The notes under the pieces were generated by a model. That model was not told where the DNA came from. It made no database searches and saw only the letters and a list, made by a program, of their open reading frames with translations. A stretch of 63,897 bases of DNA, counting the filler, from Choristocarpus tenellus KU-1152 (taxonomy: Eukaryota > Protista > Phaeophyceae): NCBI GenBank assembly GCA_964200185.2. It is 12 parts of 12 records of this genome, joined end to end, with 100 filler letters (N's around TTAATTAATTAA, not from the genome) between each part and the next. Parts side by side here need not be neighbours in the genome. Positions count along the whole stretch, not along the records: positions 25,106 to 29,784 come from CAXNAD020013494.1; positions 29,885 to 36,404 come from CAXNAD020007952.1; positions 36,505 to 39,216 come from CAXNAD020025390.1; 9 more parts are not named here. The stretch is one strand, 5' to 3'. Every line of letters begins with the position of its first letter. The stretch's first letter is position 1. Shown here piece by piece: positions 25,106-36,623 of the stretch. Both the position numbers and the translations under genes were made by a program.

Positions 25106-28100
25106 CTGATAGGATGTACGGTTCTTTTGAAACCTCCTCAATAGAGGGAGGGTTGAAATTTCCTGTTGCGTCGGGGTCGATTTCGAGCCTGTCTTTCTCC
25201 TTCAGCCCCTTTATCTTCAGGATCGCTACCTAGAGTACGGCCTGCTCGATGAACACCTCCTTCATGTGCATCCTCCGACTGAATGTGAGTTTCTGCTTTG
25301 CCGTCGCTAAGGGAATTCGTCCGTCTCAGGGGTTGAGACGCTGGCCTCCTTTCCTGTTTCATCTTCAGTACTAGTCTTCTTCCCTTTAGAAGAAGATTTC
25401 TTGACCTTGATGGTGGTGTGCTCTTTCTTGGCGCCGGCACCCCTTAGTGTAGAAGAGAACTACGGAGGCGAATTGCATATACGGAGTGGCTATGGACAGA
25501 AATTGAATGTTGTGAGCGTTTTAGTCGTTGTACAAGTACTTTGGACGATACAATGAGAAGTGATGTGATCGGTATCGCTATATGCATCTGTGCATAGGGT
25601 TAGAGATGATTCCTCACGGATCCGGGGCTTACCCATTCTTCCGGAAAGGTTTCGTTCCCAACCACGTTGGACAAGGAGAGCAGGTCAGTTGACGATTTAA
25701 AAGCCGCCTTCACCACAAATACATATGCGGCTGACTCCATGATATCGTTCCATGAGCTGCCTTGAGGAGTGTCCTCTCCTAGGATGGAAGGATCTTTTAC
25801 AGCCAAGACATCCGTGCACATCCGTGCAATGTACTACATCCTGGTCTGCTTCTGGACCTACGCGCAAGGAGGGGCGAGGATACAGTGTTTTCGCACCGTG
25901 GGAGATGATGTGGTGTAAGGACTGGAAAACAAAACTAGCGAGGGCAAGGATAGTCGCCGCTCATTGTGAGAACAATATTGATCCCTCGTCTTAAACATCT
26001 GACTGTGCACTAACTACGGAATCGGCAACATCTGTGGAACGTGCGAATGTCTACTACGCGCAACCAGATAACTCACTAACAGAGGTTCTTAGTCCTCGTC
26101 CACGCCTTTTTGGTTTCCTCATATCAGAATCGATAATACCATGTCGTATAGTTTATTTCTCTTCACTTTCCAATGATCGGGGTTGGTCCTACTTCGGATA
26201 CAAACCTTGCTTTAGATGAAGTCTACTGAAGATACAAAAATGGATGCGAGCGGAAAAGCGCGGGGCAAGCCCCGATAGGATTAATTTCGTATGCCAAAAA
26301 TATGTAGCAATAAAACATTTTTTGCCCTACTTCATCTTTATCAATCACTGTTGGCAGTTTGTTACGAGGTATTGAATATTATCCGGCAAATGGTATTTCC
26401 CCCTCGAAAATGACCAGTCTATTTCTAGGAAAGCATTAGAACCTGATAAAACTTAGCAAAGATAGATGGATCTCAAAATGATCGAATATGGTAATTCTTA
26501 CTGAGAGTCGACACACAAGATGACAACCCCTTTTGTGCCAGATGATACACCAACACATTCGTCCCACTTACCAGTTGCCTGCAGCTGTAGCTGAATCCGC
26601 CACTGTTCTTGAGGGATTCCACGGCGGCCTCACAGTTCACATTCCAGAGCACAGTTAACGTATATACAGCCCTGAAATCGAACTTACCCCGTGTGTCGAT
26701 TTATACAACATTGACGAGGAGAGGGCGATGACAGAGATGTTATATAATCTGAGGATGAGAGTAGAATTCGTCATACCATTGGGTTACACCATGTCTGCCT
26801 AGATATTTGTATCAAGGCATCAACTCCACATACAAAAAAGGATACGACCCATCGTGGTTTGTCTTCCATCTCCGGAAAGCAAAGCTGGCTTGGCTCACTG
26901 CAATCGGGGTAAGGGCATATTCAGTAAAAACAAATTGGGGTTGTGATCTTTTCATCAGGGAATAAGTTTTTTCATTCGGTGTGTGCAATGGGGGGCAAAT
27001 GGCTGTGCAGCCGCATTTCATCAATGGCGCGTTCTTAATATTGCACACTGGATTTTTTACTGACATGCTTGGAAATGTACTGCACTTACATCGTTAGAGT
27101 CCCTCCTCTTGTGGTCCAGCCACACACCGCACAGAACATTCTCGAACTCATCAGTTCCTGGTGGCAGAGTGATGAGGTTGGCAAAAGAAGGAGTTGAATC
27201 GTTAGATTACAATTGAGCGGTTGTTTGAGTCGACCAGCATACAAAAAAGAAACCATTGATATGTGATGACGTGAAGAAACACTTGAGAATTCATGGTCGT
27301 AATTTTACCTTCATCTGGACAAATCTGATCCAGAGACGCGATGGTGTTGTAGAAATTGAGCTGCGGTGCCAGGGCTGCCACTGTTGAGATTACTCTCCAA
27401 GTTCGTATCGACCCATGCCTCCTTCAAAAATGCCATAATCTTGGCAGCTACAATTTCCTCGCTGCTACCTTGAACGTGGTGTTGCTATCGCTGAAGTCGA
27501 GTTTTCCTAGAGAGTACTGGTTACACAGCCTGACCAGCGCCTTTCGCCTCTTCTTCTTGCTGTTGTCGCTCAGGTCCGGCGGAGTGCATGGGAGGGCCTC
27601 AACCCTTCCGAATTCTCTCCGGAAGTCCTTCATAGCCCGCAACCATGACACCATCCTGGGGAAGATGTCCACCACGTTGGGGACATGGGATCTGCTCGAA
27701 GCCACGCCTTCTCCGATAGAGATGGATTCCGCCTTCTTTCTGTTGCTTTGCGGAAGTATTTTCCTCACAAGCTTGTTGTTACAGCAGCGTTGCAGATGGT
27801 GGGGTTTACTCCCGAGATCCAATCCTTGTTGACAAACCCAGGAACAATGATATTGAGCGGAAGAATCTTCTCCTGTTGTATGGTCTTGAGTATCCTGAAC
27901 AGCATTACTCGGTGCTGCCTGTTAAGGCAATAAAATATGTTGTTGTAGTCCTTCGGGTTCCTCTTCATCCCCGTCTTGTCCCTCATCACGAATCCACCTC
28001 TTTTGTACCTCTTTAAAAGAGTATTTATGGAAAGGTCGACCAGAAACCCGTACTCCTTCATGTACTCCTTTGTCTCGTCTATGGTCTTCCAACGGGAGCA

Positions 28101-28334
28101 CACGGAGAAAGGCTGGGAACTGAGGATGGTCGAGATCTGGTCCGCTGCCTGTTTGGGATCCCTCGCGAGGTCTTTGAGCATGGAGGCAACTCTTTCCTTA
28201 TCCAGCAGATTTGCGTTGAATTCCTGCGATGGAAATCCAGAGCTGACCAAGTAGATTGTTTGGGTTGCACCTAGGTTAATGCTACCAATTTCCGTGGTCC
28301 TCTGGTTCAACTCTTTCTTAGCAGATTCACTCAT
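25106..28334 (-). pseudogene. Decayed multi-exon gene of an unrecognised family, copy 1 (long first exon ~27090-28334, then several small exons)
   Basis: Frameshifted ORFs 27765-28334, 27448-27822 and onward; GTAAG donors near 27088, 26687, 26570, 25632; clear protein homology with 61321-62810. Confidence 0.75.
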
Positions 28335-28670
28335 GGTCCTTGATGCAGTGTAGGATTTTGGAAACTGTGGTATCGAACGAAAGGAGGTATTAGGAAGAGA
28401 GGTCAGTCAAGTATGAAGCTGATATGTTTCGCATGGTTGAGTTCTGAAAAGGTGGTGAGGTAGGGATGAAAATGAAACAAACGATGTCACTGGTGTTTAG
28501 CGAACGGGCAGGCTATTAAGTAGTTTGCTGAAGATGATGCATGTGTGCAGATAGTGTGATTTACACCATTAAAAGAATGCCTGTCTTACATGAAACATGA
28601 AAAGTGGATTAGAGGTAATTTTCGAGGGCTTTCTATTTTGTCGACAGAATTTCGAACGACGGTTGATGAA

Positions 28671-29690
28671 AATTAGAGATAGTTGAAATGCGAAACTTGA
28701 TTAATTAATTTACTTCCGAATGGGTGTGGTTGGTGGGGATCCTTTGTTTCTTGGAAAAAAAAAAGTCGTGCTAAAAAAAAATGTGTTACGTTCGACGGGA
28801 TCTGAGAATTAGAAATAGTTGAGAAGCGAAACTTGATTGATTTATTTTCTTCCGAATGCATGTGGTTGGAGGGGATCCTTTATTTCTTCCAAAAAAAAAA
28901 TCGTGCAAAAAAAATGTGGCGTGGGCAGTGAAGCGCTAAAGTGCTGGGTAACAAGGATTGGCAACAGTGGAGAGTGACTTCTGTTGGTGAATATTGAGAT
29001 GGATGTCGAAACTTAGGAATGGGTGAAATGCAATACTCGAAAGAAATGATTACTTTTGAATGAAAAAAAACACTAGGGATCACGTATTCCTTCTACAACA
29101 GGTTAACGTGGGCAGCGAAGTGCTGCGGTGAGCGACGAGAATTGACTACAGAGGAGAGTGGTTTCTTCTGTTGGTGAATCCTAAAATGATGTCGAAAATT
29201 CCGAATGGGTGAAATGCAATACTCGAAAGAAATGATTACTTTTGAATGCAAAAATACACTGGGGATCACGTATTCCTTCTACAACAGGTTAACGTGGGCA
29301 GCGAAGTGCTGCGGTGAGTGACAAGAATTGACTACAGAGGAGAGTGGGTTCTTCTGTTGGTGAATCCTAAAAAGATGTCGAAAATTGCTAATAAGTGAGA
29401 TGCAATACTCGAAAGTAATGATTACTTTTGAATGCAAAAATACACTGGGGATCATGTATTCCTTTTTCAACAACATGTTAACACAGGCAGCGAAGTGCTG
29501 TGGGAGTGACGAGAATTGGCTACAGAGGAGAGTGGTTTCTGGGTCAAAGTATCTGGGGGGGGGCGCCGGCGTCCGTTTTTGACACTGTTCTGTTGGTGCA
29601 TCCTAAAATGATGTCGAAAATTCCGAATGGGTGAGGTGCATTATTCGAAAGAAATGACTATTCGTTGGAATGAAAAAAATCGAAGGGGAT
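28671..29690. repeat. Composite tandem array: two ~136-bp units then four ~187-bp units
   Basis: Unit starts at 28671 and 28807, then 28920, 29107, 29293, 29482; both unit types contain TTCCGAATGGGTG..GGGGATC. Confidence 0.92.
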
Positions 29691-29884
29691 TAGATTCAAA
29701 GTATCTGGGAGGTGGGGGTGGTTTGTGAGGGGGTGTCCGTTTCGGTCAAATAACTCTTTTTTTGCTGACATTTCAAATCCGACANNNNNNNNNNNNNNNN
29801 NNNNNNNNNNNNNNNNNNNNNNNNNNNNTTAATTAATTAANNNNNNNNNNNNNNNNNNNNNNNNNNNNNNNNNNNNNNNNNNNN

Positions 29885-32800
29885 CCCTCCCCCTCCCCCT
29901 TCACTAGTGCCTTGTCTCCCAACAGTTGCATGGAAGGACAACGGGCTCACAAAACATGTGGCGGCAGCAAGTGAGTTTTCTAGGTCTTCTCCAGCACAGA
30001 AGTCTCTTTCACGCAAGGATTTTTTGGGATTGATTTCATGACCTTTGAGCAAGTGAGCAGGTGAGGTGGGTGAGCTCATCCGTGCAGGCTCTCTCAGTCC
30101 CCCCCTTTGGCCTATGAATCGACCTCCTTGACTTCTGCTGCTGGCAGGGGAGCTGCCAGCACGGGGAGGACCAGACATCTCTACTGCATGCCTGTCCTGG
30201 AGGTGACTTTGGTCCCAGGAGGTGACAAAAGCATCCATCTCATCATGAGAGGCAACTGTCGGTCCCCTACCATCATTGTCCTTGCCCTGGCCACTTCTTC
30301 CAAGTAATCCCCTTCGTTCCTCCCACTGGTCCTGTTCACCCTGACAAGTCCGTTGGGGTGATACCTCCACACCCTTGATGATTGCTGACCTCTTCGACCA
30401 AGCTGCTGCTTTCCCAAGCCTAGCCGGCATGGTATCCTCAAAGCCAGGTATGGGATGGAGGGATGTGCGCGTGGGTAAAGGTTCCTCATCACTAAAGTTG
30501 GTTGGGTCCTTACGCCTACCATCCCATACTGGCCTGGTCATAGCAGTCGCACCACGACTCATCCTGATCTTATCCTCCAAAGGCAAGTGTTTAGTTGACC
30601 CCATGTCACCAGCGGTACTCCCCACTCCCTGATCAAAAGGCATCCCACCAATTGGCATCCCCTCGTCTGCCTTCCCTTCCTCACGCATTATCCTTGCAGG
30701 ACGGTCGCTCCCGTGCTGAGCCTTTACCTCTGCCCTTGCAAATGCCCCTGCTGGCAAGTCATCAATACGGGAGACACCAACATATTCACGGCTGTGTGGG
30801 ATAGACTGCCCACCCTGGGGGGAGATAGGGGAGCTGTATATACCCAACCGATTGCTGTGGTCACGACTTTGTGGGCTATTTTGGCCACTGCCTCCACTGG
30901 AAGGGGCAGGAGCAGACGAATTGCGGGGTCCACCACTGCGCCTCTTCTGCAGGGCCAACTCTTGCTGTCGGTAGAGGCCCTGCAGTTGTTCCTGCTGCTC
31001 AGCCTGCCGCTGGCGTTTCTGTGCCTCTGCCTCCTTTTCCATCTGTTGCTGCCACTCTTCTTGCCGCCTGCAGGTGATCAATGAGAAACAACTTGTTATG
31101 ATACTGACTGCATGTCAGTAGGGCCTACAAATGCCCACGTGCTCCCTGATGGAAGCAGCAGCAGCAGTAGAGTAGAACAACCAGCCTCTGCACAAAAACA
31201 TAACCCCCTTTCTCGTCCTATCAAGGTGGTTGCGCTTGTTCAAGTGAAATAGAATCTTGGACTGGAACTCAATCTTGATCCTGCATCAAACTGTGCAATT
31301 GCACAAATACAGCTTCATATGCACAATAAAGCAATTCACCAAACACATACACACATGGCCCAGTAAATCATAAATACCCCATCCCACCTCAAGTCCTCCA
31401 TGTCCTCCTGCTTGCGCCGGGCCTCCTCCTCCTCCTTCGCCCTTTGCTTCATCATGATTTGCTCCTGAAGGGCGCGCTGTTGCTCCAGGGCTGCAGATCT
31501 CCTACGCTCCTGCCCCGCCATCTCCACTGGATCACGCCCCCGTAAAACAAGCCCAGTTCGTAGATGGCCCTGGTGGAGCTCTGGATCAGCGAAACCCTGT
31601 CCCTGTAAGGTGATGGCAGAGCCTCTATATCCATCCCTGCTATCACTCCTACCGGATTCATATGTGCCCCTCTCCCTCCTCCCACTGTTGAAACCCAGTG
31701 CTGCCCCCATTCCTCCACCGCCATACACATCCTCCACCAGCCGACGACGAGCCACTGAGACATTTGCCATAACTAAGTCTTTAGTTCCACGCCTAACGTC
31801 CTCCCTATTTTCCCAGGAACTCTCTTGTTCAGGAGGTTGAACAGGTGGCTGTTGCTGGGCATCTGGCAGTGGGAGGTATTGCTTAGACCTTCCCTCATGA
31901 ATTGTAGACTTGTCCGACTTGCTGTACAGCTCTTGTGGGCGACCCCTCATAACACTGTCACTACCAGTGGTGACTGGACTTCGGGATGAGGGGTATGCAG
32001 GGTTTGTCAGCTGTAACGCACCATCTGTGCCTGGGCAAGTCAATCGACTGCCATCACTTCTTCCATTCCCATGTCCTGCTAAGAATTGCTGATCATAGGC
32101 AGCAGCCTCAGCCATTTCTCTTGCCTTACGTGCTTGGTTCTCAGCCATCTGTTTGCGCAGCTCTTCAGCATAAGCCTCCTGCTTTGCTTTCATGGCCAAT
32201 CGATCTTCCCTTTCCCCTAGTCCTAGGGGTTGCCGAGGAGATGTCCATTGCCCTCCCCGAACTGTACCCAACACTTGATCAACCTGGGTGTTCGAGGAAT
32301 ACTTGATTCCTCCAGTAGCTTGCTCTAGGTCCCTCCTCCGATACTCCCTGTCTTCGCCCTCTGCCTTACTTGCTGAGATCTGTCTCTCTTGCAGGTCACT
32401 ATCAAGGGCTCTATGGTATGCTGCTTGTGAGTCACTTCTAGCTGCATCTGCAAGAGCAGTATCTGCACCTGACCAAAGCCCTCTGAGCCCAGGACCCTGC
32501 CGTTGGGGACGAGCGGGTGCAGCTGGTGGAACTTCGCCATTCCACATGCCCTTCAGACCAGATCCTTGCCTGTTCGAGTGCTGTGGGCTGGAGGGGTCAT
32601 TAGTACCCCCTTCCCACATGCCTTTGAGTCCCGTCCCAGTACGCCTTGGCCGCGAAGAGGAAGGGAATGTCTCAGTAGTATCTCCATCCCACATTCCCTT
32701 CAGACCAGTGGCTCTCCCCTTGCCTGCCAGTCCATGTGAAGCACGGTGCATGTCCATTTGGGACAGTATGCCCCCTTCCCCAGCTGACAGGTCTCTCAAA

Positions 32801-33571
32801 GACCCCCCCCCGTGGAAGGGGGCGTCAATCAATTTCACCATGGCGTGCTGCACGTCTTCTTCGAATGTACGATCTAAAGGTTTCGCAAAGAATTCATCTG
32901 AACGATTACCGCTCGCCAAGTGCTTGCTGTCTCCATCAGGTTGGTTGCACTTGGTATTCAAAGGAACGTCTCTACCCTTCTCACTAAGCTTCTCCCCGGT
33001 ATTAGCTTTTATCCGCTGCAATTCAGCTGTCACCTTGGCATCAAACACAGGGTCTTGTCCAGGCTTAGGGGCGGATTCGAATAAATCTCGAGGTCGGACT
33101 GGCGTTCCTTTAATTTCGCCCTTGCCATCCTTGCTGAAGGGGTGTCCTCCTGAACTTCCTTCTACGAGCATGGACAGGGGATGTAGCTGGCTTAATGCTT
33201 GATCATTGACTTACAAGGAATGAAGCTGCTAATTGAGCAACTGAGAGCATGTTATAACTGCAAGGAGCACGTTTCCTTACATGTTGCTAGTTCTACGCGC
33301 CGATGGCATCCATCGTGTTTGTTGTACCTGGATGAGACGATAGGGCTCCTGAGCTCTGTACACCCCAGGGTGCCGTGGACGAAATTTCATCAGTGATCTC
33401 TGGTTTCAGTACATGAAAATTCTTAGTCGGGGATGGGTGAGAGTCCACCCTAACTTTGGGCGGTGTACCAGGCAATTGGGAACGCCGCCTTGCAAAGTCC
33501 GTTTTTTGTTCCCATCGTACATCCCTACGAGTCTTCACTGTTGGTTCCTGTACAAAGCTTATCCCCAACAT
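29885..33571 (-). CDS. Large CCDC66/CSPP1-like coiled-coil protein, 3'-truncated by contig end; exons ~33327-33571, 31388-33198, 29885-31067
   Basis: 611-aa and 414-aa ORFs join in phase (AG|GTGGGA..CAG|G); RRRSAALEQQRALQEQIMMKQRAKEEEEARRKQE and QEAYAEELRKQMAE resemble CCDC66/CSPP1 helices. Gene structure is strong; family call is from motif recall only. Confidence 0.75.
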
Positions 33572-33789
33572 ATTTTACCGACTCTAGTCCAAGGTCATTA
33601 GTAAGATACCATGGGGTGGTTGGGTGTGCATTGATAGGGCCCTTGACTTAACATCACTTAGATTATGGGATATTTCATTTCAAAATTTTGTCATAGACGC
33701 CTTCCAAGGTTCTATGACCGTTACAGTGGTGTAGGAGTGAGATATGAGAGGGTTCGTCCCTGTAGTTGTAGTAGGGCAAAAAGAGGAAA

Positions 33790-35002
33790 ATGGCAAGTCA
33801 TGAGAGTGCAGAGCTTCTCGCATTACAACGCATTGACGAAACATCGATGCAGCTGCAGCAGCAGGTGGGTGACTCACACCACCAAGTTGTCCTTTTTTAG
33901 AATTAATACAGTACATGATAAGCCCTCCAACAAATAATCGATCGTTTATTTGTAGTCAGCACTAACAAATATATGTCAATCCAATATCACACGATCGACA
34001 CGATATAGGGCAACTACTTGGAAGCCTTGGAATGTATGGAACGAGGCCTGGTGCTCCGGCAGCACTTTTTTGGTAGTGATAGCGAAGAAGTATGGGGAGC
34101 TTGCAAGACAGTGGGCGAGATGTGCAATTTATTGGCCATGACTTACCTCCAGCAAGAAGATTTTGCTATGGTCCTCGAGTTGCTCAAGAAGGCCGAGATA
34201 CTCACCGAGCGTGATGATGCGGGCAAGGCAGTAACTTTCAACAACCTGGCATGTTATTATCGACGGCAAGGCAAACTTCACGCTGCGCTGCAGTACCTTC
34301 AAAAGGCCTTGAGGATCGAAGCAAAAATGGCAAGGAGTGGAAACATTTTCGCGATCCATAGACGGACACTCTCTGAAGGATTCAGGGTTTCCATTAGTCC
34401 ATTTCCCTCGCGTCTTTAACTTGCGATACCAAAAGAAAATATGGTCATTTTGCTCATCAAAGTTGATAACGGGGGGTTTAGCTATTGACTCTTTTGCACT
34501 CAGTCTCGTGCGAGTCACTGACTTTGCAAATCTGATTTCTGTCTCGCCGTGACACGAGTTCCCACACAAGTCCCCCCTAGTCACTGGAGAGAGAAAAAGT
34601 CTCAAATACCACGCAATTATCATTCATAGATCCGCAATAAGCCTTGAGCACCCATAGCACACCATTCACAACATAATTGTACCACTCAATGCACTTGCTG
34701 TTGAAAATGTTCTCACTGTGTTGCAGGGAGCTCGGGTAGATCACCCTGCAGATACCCACCTCAACACATGTGCAGTACTGTCACAAATTGGTCGACATCA
34801 GAGTGCCCTCGAGCAAGCTCAATCTGCCCTTATCCTTCTGCAAGAGGAACTTTTTGCAGGTGGGGGGGTGTCAGGTGATGGCCAGCCCCCAAGGGCAGAT
34901 CGTGTAGCCGTCCTGGCAATTGCATACCACAACATGGGGGTGGAGCAGGAGTTTCTGAAAAAGTTCGAGCATAGTCTGCAGTCTTACCGAAAGGGGGTGG
35001 AG
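33790..35002 (+). CDS. Tetratricopeptide-repeat protein, 5' part; exons 33790-33864, 34009-34329, 34727-35002
   Basis: TPR motifs AVTFNNLACYYRRQGKLHAALQYLQKAL, ADTHLNTCAVLSQIGRH, AIAYHNMGVEQE; phase-0 junctions; later exons not found. Confidence 0.88.
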
Positions 35003-36623
35003 GTGAGAAAGGTATTCAATGCTTCCATGCAACCTCTTTATCCTTCAATTCAAAGTTTCAGGACACATTTGGCTATCACCATCAAGGCCCAGCCAAGATG
35101 GTTGAAGCTCAACACAGGGAACAAAACGCAAGGAAGTGCTCAAATCACAGCCCCCCAAGCATCTGTTGCCTAGATAATGTAGCTAATCAGTTGATCTAGC
35201 TTCTACTAACTATATTGGCCTCAAAGTATCTGGAGGGGGGGGGAAGAGGGAGTCTTCACCTGGGTGTCCATTCGGCACCTGACCAGCAGAAGTGCACTTA
35301 CATTAAATCCAACCAACGCATACAACCAAATCACCCAAAAATGGTGACATGGAAAAATGGACCCCGAATGGACAGCCACTACCACCATCCCGGATTATTT
35401 GAGCCATGTTGCGTCTCCATCTTGCCTATCACGTGTCTACCTGAGAGTAGATAAGAAAACTCTACATGTGGTACTGTATTATACTCTAAAAACACTTGTC
35501 ATGACCTCGAACTCTGGCCAACAATCTACAGATGACTACAGTTTTATTATCCATTGTATTCCTCCCCCATGAGCAAGTGCCCGATCAGTAAGCCTGTCAT
35601 CCACAAGACTCTCTGCAACATCTCATCCCCCTCCCAAACCTTCCGCAAATCCCGATAATACAAGTCACCCCAGTCACCAATATCTTCTCTTTGTAACATT
35701 TCCAAACCCTAACCCTGACCCTGACCCTTGACTTCCCATTTGGACTGAATGCCAGAGGATTAGTAGTGGACCGAGCACCTAGTATGGCAAACTTCTATTA
35801 GGTTTTTCATCTTAGTTGTACTAGAGTCCAACACAGATATTGATTGGAAGGAAACGGCACACACAATCAACACAACCCTAGGAAATAGGTAAGGGCTCAG
35901 AATTCCATGCAACTTGTACTCTAGAATACTACCTTGGAAATCTAGTGTGTATACACTGCTCTATGGACTGCATACTAGAGTCTGACACTAACACTGTAAC
36001 TCAGCATTCTTTATCATGGTAGTTTCATTTGAGCATAGCGTGTGTACAAGCAAAAACGCGATATCTGCGTACGTATGCGTAACATCAATTTTCTAGTCCA
36101 AAAGATAACTACTTGCCAGCTCTGAGAATTTCTACTTCCTCCCTCTCGGTTCACAGGGAGGAAGCTACATCCTTTAAAAAGTTCTGGCATTCATACGTCT
36201 GGTATCGCAAAAAATACTCAAGCTTCATCAAAGGCAGGCATTAACATACAAAGGGGCTTCATCAGTCATCTAGATTTGGACCATCTTTTGGGCCGGCCTT
36301 CAACAAATTATAAAAAAATCTCAATTTCTGCTGACAACAAAAAATGTAGGTCAGGTGAAGATTGTGAGGTTATTTTTTGCGCCGACCCAAAGTATCTGGG
36401 GGGGNNNNNNNNNNNNNNNNNNNNNNNNNNNNNNNNNNNNNNNNNNNNTTAATTAATTAANNNNNNNNNNNNNNNNNNNNNNNNNNNNNNNNNNNNNNNN
36501 NNNNACATTTTACCTGCTCCGAAACACTTTGGAGTAGGAAAATGTCATCAAAAAACCCATGGGGAGCCAAGCCCCCAATGGACAAACAGGGCAAAACTCG
36601 TACCCTCTAAGATATTTTCACTC

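Noticed and set aside
28671-29690. CRISPR array
   Set aside because: Units are long and near-identical with no unique spacers, no cas genes, and the context is eukaryotic
32288-33202. 304-aa plus-strand ORF
   Set aside because: Antisense shadow of the large minus-strand exon
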